DNA of 32,000 nucleotides from Dickeya dadantii NCPPB 898 (GTDB lineage Bacteria > Pseudomonadota > Gammaproteobacteria > Enterobacterales > Enterobacteriaceae): contig NZ_CM001976.1 of NCBI RefSeq assembly GCF_000406145.1, forward strand, positions 1,027,263 to 1,059,262, given 5' to 3'. The translations under genes and the position numbers were made by a program. Below, piece after piece: positions 25,756 to 32,000 of the stretch. Numbering within the stretch: position 1 is the stretch's first letter; every line of letters begins with the position of its first letter. The notes beneath the pieces are model-generated. The model saw only the letters and a list, made by a program, of their open reading frames with translations. It had not been told where the DNA came from and ran no database searches.

Positions 25756-26589
25756 ATGAGTACGCAATTATCCGAAAGTTATCTGCAACGTTTTGGCGGT
25801 ACGGCGCGTTTGTACGGCCAGCGGGCGTTGTCGCTGTTTGCCGACGCGCATGTGTGCGTGATCGGTATTGGCGGGGTCGGGTCCTGGGCGGCGGAAGCGC
25901 TGGCGCGCACCGGCATCGGCGCTATTACCCTGATTGACATGGATGATGTGTGCGTCAGCAACACCAACCGGCAGATTCACGCCCTGCGCCAGCACACCGG
26001 GCAGTTGAAAACCGAGGTGATGAAGGAACGAATTCTGGCGATCAATCCGGAATGCCGGGTGACCTGTGTCGATGATTTCATCAGCGCAGATAATGTGGCG
26101 GAACTGCTGGACAACAATTTCAGCTATGTGATTGATGCTATCGATAGTGTGCGCCCCAAGGCCGCGCTGCTGGCCTGGTGCCGTCGCTACAAAATTCCGG
26201 TGGTGACCACCGGCGGCGCGGGAGGGCAAATCGACCCGACCCGTATTGAAGTCGCCGATCTGGCGAAAACTATTCAGGATCCGCTGGCGGCCAAGCTGCG
26301 TGAACGGCTGAAGCACGATTTTAATATCGTTAAAAACAGCAAAGGCAAGCTGGGCATTGACTGTGTGTTTTCCAGCGAACCGCTGATGTACCCGCAGCCG
26401 GATGGCTCGGTTTGCGCATCGCGTAGCACCGCCGACGGCGTAAAACGTATGGACTGTGCATCCGGCTTCGGCGCCGCGACCATGGTGACCGCCACCTTTG
26501 GTTTTGTGGCGGTTTCCCATGCGTTGAAAAAAATGATGGCGCGCGATGCCCGACAGTCGCAGGCTGCCGCGTTGAATCAGAATTCGTGA
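25756..26589 (+). CDS. tcdA: tRNA threonylcarbamoyladenosine dehydratase (TcdA / CsdL / YgdL)
   Basis: The product is an E1-like ThiF-family protein with [36 protein letters not shown]. It is convergent with csdE as in E. coli. Confidence 0.92.
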   Translation: MSTQLSESYLQRFGGTARLYGQRALSLFADAHVCVIGIGGVGSWAAEALARTGIGAITLIDMDDVCVSNTNRQIHALRQHTGQLKTEVMKERILAINPECRVTCVDDFISADNVAELLDNNFSYVIDAIDSVRPKAALLAWCRRYKIPVVTTGGAGGQIDPTRIEVADLAKTIQDPLAAKLRERLKHDFNIVKNSKGKLGIDCVFSSEPLMYPQPDGSVCASRSTADGVKRMDCASGFGAATMVTATFGFVAVSHALKKMMARDARQSQAAALNQNS

Positions 26590-27020
26590 CGGGCGATGTC
26601 GTGGATGCGGCTGGCCAGCGCGGCCAACCCGCCGGCGCGCGACGCACTGAGTTCGGCGCGCAGCCCCAGCCGGTCAAATAGCGCCAGCGGGTCGATCTGC
26701 CGCAACGTTTCCGCGGTTTTGCCCTCTACCGCCGTCAACACAACAGCCAGCAGCCCGCGCACGATGCGGCCGTCGCTGTCGCCGTAAAAGTGCAGCGTGC
26801 CGTCCGCCTGCCGTTGATACCCCAACCAGACGCGGTTTTCGCAACCGGACAGTTCGATGTGTTCCTGACGAAGCGTGTCCGGCAGCGATGGCAGCGATTT
26901 GCTCAGCATAATCAACTGCCGATAGCGTTCTTCCCAGGAACGACAGGCGTCAAAACGCGCCGTCAGCGCTGTTTCATCAATGTCCGTGCCAAACGGGTGG
27001 CGGGTAGCGTCGGTCGTCAT
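26577..27020 (-). CDS. csdE: Cysteine desulfurase sulfur acceptor CsdE (SufE-like)
   Basis: The 147-aa product carries the conserved ..[10 protein letters not shown].. cysteine and ..[22 protein letters not shown]... Its 3' end overlaps the tcdA 3' end by 13 nt. Confidence 0.92.
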   Translation of the reverse strand: MTTDATRHPFGTDIDETALTARFDACRSWEERYRQLIMLSKSLPSLPDTLRQEHIELSGCENRVWLGYQRQADGTLHFYGDSDGRIVRGLLAVVLTAVEGKTAETLRQIDPLALFDRLGLRAELSASRAGGLAALASRIHDIARHEF

Positions 27021-27023
27021 CAG

Positions 27024-28229
27024 TTAATCCATCAGTAATTCAAGGGCTTTTTGGGTAGCCTGGACCAGACGGTCTACGTCTTGCGGCTGGTTATAAGGCG
27101 CAAATGAGGCCCGCAGCGTGCCGGGCACGCCCAACGCCGCCATCAGCGGCTGGGCGCAATGGTGACCGGCTCGCAGGGCGATGCCGTCCTCCGCCAGCAA
27201 GGTCACCAGATCGTGGTGGTGCACGCCGTCGATAGTGAATGACAACAGGCTGGAGTCGGGAGCGCGGAAGCTGCGAAAGCCGGGTAACGCGCTCAGTTGC
27301 CGTTCCGCATCGTTCGCCAGGTCGACGCTATGTCGCTCCGCCGCCGGGCGGTCTTGTTGCTGCCACCAGTCAATGGCTGCCGCCAGACCGATCACCCCGG
27401 CAATGTGCGGCGTACCGGCTTCGAAACGCTGGGGAATGGCCTGGGGCGTAAAACCGTCAAACGACACCGTCGTCATCATTTTTCCACCGCCCTGCCAGGG
27501 CGGCATGGTTTCCAGCAGGGCCGGTTTGCCGTACAGCACGCCAATACCGGTGGGGGCATACAGTTTGTGGCCGGAGAATGCATAAAAGTCGATATCCAGC
27601 GCCGTCACGTCGGTCGCCGTGTGCGCAATGCCCTGCGCGCCATCGACCACCACCACCGCACCGGCCTGATGCGCCAGCGTAATCGCCCGTTTCAGGTCCG
27701 GCATGCCGCCCGTCACATTTGACATCTGCCCGATAGCCAGCAGGCGGGTTCGGGCGTTGATCAGCGAGGGCAGCAGTTGAAGATCGGGCAGATAATCCGC
27801 GCCCAGCGGCAGCTTCACCACCCGCGCACCGGTTTGCTGCGCCACCATCAGCCACGGGATCAGATTGGCATGGTGCTCGGCTTCACTGACCAGGATTTCA
27901 TCGCCGGGTTGTAAACGCGGGCGGGCATAACATTGCGCCACCAGATTGATCGCTTCCGTCGCGCCTTTGGTCCAGACGATGCCGCGCGCCTGTGCTGCGC
28001 CAATGAAATCCGCCACTTTTTCACGCGCCTGCTCGAACGCTTCCGACAACTGTCGGGCGGCACGGTGCTGACTGCGATGAACATTACCCGTTTCACTGGC
28101 GTAGTAGTGCTGAACCGCGGTGATAACCGCTTCGGGTTTCAGCGACGTGGCGGCACTGTCAAGATAGACGCCAGACTGGCGAAGCGCGGGAAATTGCTGG
28201 CGAAAATACGGGGCGTTAAACGGTTTCAT
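27024..28229 (-). CDS. csdA: Cysteine desulfurase / cysteine sulfinate desulfinase CsdA
   Basis: The 401-aa product is a class V aminotransferase with the PLP-Lys region FSGHKLYAPTGIGVLYGK and the C-terminal RAG.HCAQPL active-site Cys. Confidence 0.95.
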   Translation of the reverse strand: MKPFNAPYFRQQFPALRQSGVYLDSAATSLKPEAVITAVQHYYASETGNVHRSQHRAARQLSEAFEQAREKVADFIGAAQARGIVWTKGATEAINLVAQCYARPRLQPGDEILVSEAEHHANLIPWLMVAQQTGARVVKLPLGADYLPDLQLLPSLINARTRLLAIGQMSNVTGGMPDLKRAITLAHQAGAVVVVDGAQGIAHTATDVTALDIDFYAFSGHKLYAPTGIGVLYGKPALLETMPPWQGGGKMMTTVSFDGFTPQAIPQRFEAGTPHIAGVIGLAAAIDWWQQQDRPAAERHSVDLANDAERQLSALPGFRSFRAPDSSLLSFTIDGVHHHDLVTLLAEDGIALRAGHHCAQPLMAALGVPGTLRASFAPYNQPQDVDRLVQATQKALELLMD

Positions 28230-28400
28230 GTCGATCCTCTGTTGAGCGACAGATCCTGTCCCATTTTTGCGGCTGAAACAAGTTTAGGACGATCCTGAAC
28301 GAAAACTCCGTTCAGCTTGCTACCCTTAACCTTGCTTTATTTGGAATTTAATAATGACTAATGCCTTAATTTAGGCATTTAAAAATACTGGTAGTAAAAT

Positions 28401-28622
28401 ATGAAGAATAAGATTTCAATTATTGCCGCCCTGGGTCTGGCATTATCGCTGTCAGCCTGTTCCAGCAATTATGTGCTGGAAACCTCCGACGGACGGACCA
28501 TCATTGCCGATGGCAAGCCGAAGGTGGATGAAGAAACTGGTCTCATCAGCTACACCGATGCCTACGGTCACCATCAACAGATTAATCGTGATGCTTTGAG
28601 ATCGATGACGGAAGCGAAGTGA
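28401..28622 (+). CDS. ygdI: YgdI/YgdR family (DUF903) small lipoprotein
   Basis: The 73-aa product has the lipobox LSLSAC followed by ..TSDGR.I..DGKPKVDEETGLISYTD..G... It lies between csdA and gcvB/gcvA as in E. coli. Confidence 0.88.
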   Translation: MKNKISIIAALGLALSLSACSSNYVLETSDGRTIIADGKPKVDEETGLISYTDAYGHHQQINRDALRSMTEAK

Positions 28623-28654
28623 TCGATCTCTTCTGGTCAATACAATACGGGCAA

Positions 28655-28850
28655 AAAAAAAAGCACCGCAAAACGCGGTGCTATGCAAAAATCACTTAGA
28701 CAGACAGGGTAAATGTACAGGAAATGAAAGGTAGCATCGCTACCGCGTCTGAAATGCAGACAGTAAACAAATAGCAAACACAACATCACAACCACAAGCC
28801 AAAAGCACGTCAGTCAACCTTTCGCACTTTTCGTTCCGGCTCAGGGAAGT
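28655..28850 (-). ncRNA. gcvB: GcvB small regulatory RNA
   Basis: The minus strand reads ACTTCCCTGAGCCGGAACGAAAAG....GGTTGTGATGTTGTGTTTGC (G/U-rich R1)....TTCCTGTACATTTACCCTGTCTGTC....AGCACCGCGTTTTGCGGTGCTTTTTTTTTT. This matches the E. coli GcvB 5' end, R1, R2 and terminator. It is divergent from gcvA. The 3' end is approximate, within the U-run 28653-28662. Confidence 0.9.
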
Positions 28851-28856
28851 GGCGCT

Positions 28857-28862
28857 ACTATA
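28857..28862 (-). promoter_or_regulatory. gcvB -10 hexamer in the shared gcvA/gcvB control region
   Basis: TATAGT on the minus strand lies 6 nt upstream of the inferred +1 at 28850. Confidence 0.6.
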
Positions 28863-28975
28863 GGTATTTGCTGGTGCATCCTCAACGGACAATTTATAAT
28901 GCATCGGATTACAAAAACTAATGGCAAATCACGGTAGCATTTACCGGGGTGGGCCGCATACGAAGAATCCGGTTT

Positions 28976-29902
28976 ATGTCGAAACGATTGCCGCCTCTCA
29001 ATGCCTTGCGCGTCTTTGATGCTGCTGCCCGCCACCTCAGTTTTACCCGTGCGGCCGAAGAGTTATTCGTTACACAGGCTGCCGTCAGTCATCAGATCAA
29101 ATCGCTGGAAGATTTTCTCGGCCTGAAACTGTTCCGCCGCCGTAACCGTTCCCTGTTGCTGACGGAAGAAGGGCAGAGCTATTTTTTGGATATCAAAGAA
29201 ATCTTTTCCGCGCTCAATGAAGCGACCCGTAAACTACAGGCTCGTAGCGCCAAAGGCGCGCTGACGGTCAGCCTGTTGCCCAGCTTTGCCATTCACTGGC
29301 TGGTGCCGCGCTTGTCGAGTTTCAACTCGGATTACCCAGGCATTGATGTGCGTATTCAGGCGGTGGACCGGGAAGAGGAACGACTGTCGGACGATGTGGA
29401 CGTGGCTATTTTCTACGGACGCGGCAACTGGCCGGGATTGCGGGTAGAAAAACTGTACGCGGAGTATTTGTTGCCGGTTTGCTCGCCGCAATTGCTGGCC
29501 GGGGAACACCCGCTGAAAACGCCGGGAGACCTGGTATGGCATACGCTGTTGCATGACGCCTCGCGGCGTGACTGGATGGCCTATACCCGCCAGTTGGGGA
29601 TAACTCAGATTAATGTGCAGCAAGGGCCGATTTTCAGTCATAGCGCGATGGTGTTGCAGGCGGCGATTCACGGCCAGGGGGTTGCGCTGGCCAACAATGT
29701 GATGGCGCAGACGGAGATTGAAGCGGGCAGGCTGGTGTGTCCGTTCAATGACGTACTGGTCAGCAAAAACGCATTTTATCTGGTTTGTCATGACAGTCAG
29801 GCGGAACTGGGTAAAATAGCCGCCTTTCGCCAATGGATTCTGGCTCGTGCGGCCAGCGAACAGGAAAAGTTCCGCTTCCGCTACGACAACGGTTCTCGTT
29901 GA
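28976..29902 (+). CDS. gcvA: LysR-type glycine cleavage system transcriptional activator GcvA
   Basis: From ATG 28976 the product starts MSKRLPPLNALRVFDAAARHLSFTRAAEELFVTQAAVSHQIKSLEDFLGLKLFRRRNRSLLLTEEGQSYFLDIKEIFS. This is essentially identical to the E. coli GcvA N-terminus. Confidence 0.97.
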   Translation: MSKRLPPLNALRVFDAAARHLSFTRAAEELFVTQAAVSHQIKSLEDFLGLKLFRRRNRSLLLTEEGQSYFLDIKEIFSALNEATRKLQARSAKGALTVSLLPSFAIHWLVPRLSSFNSDYPGIDVRIQAVDREEERLSDDVDVAIFYGRGNWPGLRVEKLYAEYLLPVCSPQLLAGEHPLKTPGDLVWHTLLHDASRRDWMAYTRQLGITQINVQQGPIFSHSAMVLQAAIHGQGVALANNVMAQTEIEAGRLVCPFNDVLVSKNAFYLVCHDSQAELGKIAAFRQWILARAASEQEKFRFRYDNGSR

Positions 29903-29958
29903 ACAACAGGCTCGTTGAACAACAGGCTCGTTGAACAAAACGCTCGTTGAACAACCGT
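29895..29958. repeat. 16-bp tandem repeat, 4 copies, starting on the gcvA stop codon
   Basis: CTCGTTGAACAACAGG appears twice (29895-29910, 29911-29926), followed by CTCGTTGAACAAAACG (29927-29942) and CTCGTTGAACAACCGT (29943-29958). The gcvA TGA is at 29900-29902. Confidence 0.85.
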
Positions 29959-29962
29959 TCAC

Positions 29963-29991
29963 GCTGAATCCGCCGGGTTCAGCCCTTTTTT
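29963..29991 (+). terminator. Probable gcvA terminator
   Basis: GCTGAA (29963-29968) pairs with TTCAGC (29978-29983), with a GC-rich interior. CCCTTTTTTCTT follows. Confidence 0.55.
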
Positions 29992-30015
29992 CTTGATAAC
30001 GGAATAGATCGCACG

Positions 30016-30402
30016 ATGAACAGCCGTTTCATGCTGATATTCGCCGCCATCAGCGGGTTTGTATATGTGGCGCTGGGGGCGTTCGGCACGCATGTGCTGA
30101 GTAAATCGCTGGGCGAGGCGGAAATGTCCTGGTTGCATACCGGGCTCCAGTATCAGGCGTTTCACACGCTGGCGATTATGGCGCTGTCGGTGGCGATGCA
30201 TCAACGGGCGAATGTCTGGTTTTACTGGAGTGCGGCGTTTCTGGCGCTGGGTACGCTGCTGTTTAGCGGCAGCCTGTACTGTCTGGCGTTGTCGCACCTC
30301 AAACTATGGGTATTTGTCACTCCGGTGGGGGGCTTGTGCTTCCTGGCGGGCTGGCTGTTACTGTTAATTGGAGCCTTACGCTTAAAGAAAAAGGCTGAGT
30401 AG
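30016..30402 (+). CDS. ygdD: DUF423 family inner membrane protein YgdD
   Basis: [27 protein letters not shown].. is collinear with E. coli YgdD. The product is 128 aa with four hydrophobic segments. Confidence 0.9.
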   Translation: MNSRFMLIFAAISGFVYVALGAFGTHVLSKSLGEAEMSWLHTGLQYQAFHTLAIMALSVAMHQRANVWFYWSAAFLALGTLLFSGSLYCLALSHLKLWVFVTPVGGLCFLAGWLLLLIGALRLKKKAE

Positions 30403-30403
30403 C

Positions 30404-31504
30404 ATGAATAAAGTGATTTTGTACTGCCGCCCTGGATTTGAGAAAGAGTGCGCGGCGGAAATTACCGACAAGGCGGCGCGTTATAACGTCTATGGCTTTG
30501 TGCGGGTAAAGGATAACAGCGGATATGTGATTTTTGAGTGCTACCAGCACGAAGACGCCGATCGGCTGATTAAGGAATTACCGTTCCGGGAACTGGTGTT
30601 CGCACGTCAGATGATGGTATGCGGCGAATTGCTGCGCGATCTGCCGCCGGAGGATCGCATCACGCCGATAGTCGGGATGCTGACCGGGGCGATAGAACGG
30701 GCCGGAGAGCTGCGGGTGGAAGTGCCGGATACCAACGAAAGCAAGGAACTGATGAAGTTCTGCCGCAAGTTCACGGTGCCGCTGCGCGCCGCGCTGCGGG
30801 AAAACCGCATCCTGCTGGCGCAGGAGAAAGCCAACCGCCCGGTTATCCATGTATTGTTCATCGCCCCCGGTTGCTGCTATGTCGGCTACTCCTACAGCAA
30901 TAACAATTCGCCGTTCTATATGGGGATTCCGCGGCTGAAATTCCCCGCCGATGCTCCCAGCCGCTCGACGCTGAAGCTGGAAGAAGCCTTTCATACCTTC
31001 GTGCCGGCGGACGAGTGGGACGAACGATTGGGCAGCGGCATGTATGCGGTTGATCTGGGCGCTTGCCCCGGCGGCTGGACCTATCAACTGGTGAAACGCA
31101 GTATGATGGTGCATGCCGTCGATAACGGTATGATGGCGCCAAGCCTGATGGATACCGGGCAGGTCATTCACCATCAGGCAGACGGTTTCCGCTTTGAGCC
31201 GCCGCGCAACAATATCTACTGGCTGGTGTGCGATATGGTGGAAAAACCAGCTAAAGTCACCAACCGCATGGCCGACTGGCTGGTCAATGGCTGGTGCCGT
31301 GAAGTGATCTTCAACCTGAAGCTGCCGATGAAAAAGCGCTACGAAGAAGTGACCCAGAATCTGGCCTTGCTGGCGCAGCGGCTGGAAGAGAACAGCATCA
31401 ATTTTGAAATTCACGCCAAACATCTCTATCACGATCGTGAAGAGGTCACCGTTCATGCACGGCGTATCTGGGGTGCGATTCCCGGCCGACGCGACGAACG
31501 CTGA
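30404..31504 (+). CDS. rlmM: 23S rRNA (cytidine2498-2'-O)-methyltransferase RlmM
   Basis: The 366-aa product is collinear with E. coli RlmM/YgdE ([22 protein letters not shown].., ..[36 protein letters not shown].., ..[16 protein letters not shown]..). Confidence 0.95.
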   Translation: MNKVILYCRPGFEKECAAEITDKAARYNVYGFVRVKDNSGYVIFECYQHEDADRLIKELPFRELVFARQMMVCGELLRDLPPEDRITPIVGMLTGAIERAGELRVEVPDTNESKELMKFCRKFTVPLRAALRENRILLAQEKANRPVIHVLFIAPGCCYVGYSYSNNNSPFYMGIPRLKFPADAPSRSTLKLEEAFHTFVPADEWDERLGSGMYAVDLGACPGGWTYQLVKRSMMVHAVDNGMMAPSLMDTGQVIHHQADGFRFEPPRNNIYWLVCDMVEKPAKVTNRMADWLVNGWCREVIFNLKLPMKKRYEEVTQNLALLAQRLEENSINFEIHAKHLYHDREEVTVHARRIWGAIPGRRDER

Positions 31505-31510
31505 TTTCCA

Positions 31511-31555
31511 CCGCCGGTCGCTAATCTCTCGGCGTGCCGGCGGTTTAACGCCGCC
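31511..31555. terminator. Overlapping GC-rich hairpins between convergent rlmM and xni
   Basis: CCGCCGG (31511-31517) pairs with CCGGCGG (31537-43), followed by TTT. Alternatively GGCGG (31539-43) pairs with CCGCC (31551-55). Confidence 0.35.
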
Positions 31556-32000
31556 TAGCCCGATGCGGGCAGGCGTAGCTGTTGCAGGTTGCCATTGAGT
31601 ACCAGATCGGTTCTGAGCGTGGCGACCTCACGGCTGCGGTAAGCCATGTCCTGTTGGGATTCCAGCTTGCGGCGCCATTTCTCCGGTATCTGTTCCAACT
31701 GCTGGTATAGCGCCTCCAGCGAACCAGCTTGTTGCAATAACTGAGCGGCGGTTTTCGGCCCAATGCCGCTCACGCCGGGGATTTTGCTGCTGCTGATACC
31801 CGCCAGCCCCCAGTAATCCGGCAATTGTTCGGGCTGCACGCCGAACTCCTGCTGGATGAACGGCACATCCAGCCAGCGCTTCTGAAAGTAATCCCGAATG
31901 CGAATGGTCGGCGCCAATAGCTGACAGTAACCTTTATCGGTCGAGACAATGGTGGCCTGGTGACCTTGCGCGGCGACCTTGCAGGCCAGCGTGGCGGCCA
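31555..32000 (-). CDS. xni: Flap endonuclease Xni (ExoIX / YgdG), C-terminal part; the 5' end lies beyond the window
   Basis: The translation ..[58 protein letters not shown].. is collinear with E. coli Xni. The frame stays open to nt 32000. The ORF-track M at 31917 is an internal TTG (Leu). Confidence 0.92.
   Translation of the reverse strand, partial: AATLACKVAAQGHQATIVSTDKGYCQLLAPTIRIRDYFQKRWLDVPFIQQEFGVQPEQLPDYWGLAGISSSKIPGVSGIGPKTAAQLLQQAGSLEALYQQLEQIPEKWRRKLESQQDMAYRSREVATLRTDLVLNGNLQQLRLPASG

Overview
This is a core chromosomal segment of an Enterobacterales genome. From tas to xni the gene order is collinear, in inverted orientation, with the E. coli K-12 mutH-to-xni neighbourhood: tas, ygdR, ygdQ, mutH, rppH-ptsP, lgt-thyA, ppdA-ppdB-ygdB-ppdC, ptrA, argA, amiC, two initiator tRNA-fMet genes, mltA, tcdA, csdE-csdA, ygdI, gcvB, gcvA, ygdD, rlmM, xni. 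The left end carries yggL-yggN. I saw no CRISPR array, transposase, integrase, phage gene or recognisable defence system. Most of the window is ordinary housekeeping DNA. The points that depart from the expected pattern are: (1) an AT-rich, gene-poor stretch of about 1 kb followed by a 1050-aa subtilase-type autotransporter whose catalytic Asp position reads Asn; (2) a DnaA-box cluster in the long mutH-rppH spacer that looks like the DARS2 DnaA-reactivating element; (3) recC, recB and recD are missing from their conserved places around ptrA; (4) a GNAT / 2-hydroxyacid dehydrogenase / GNAT operon sits between mltA and tcdA; (5) 16-bp tandem repeats begin on the stop codons of two unrelated genes; (6) one of the two tRNA-fMet copies has an extra nucleotide; (7) the sRNA GcvB is present but invisible to the ORF track. 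All protein calls rest on my recollection of E. coli orthologue sequences and motifs, not on a database search.
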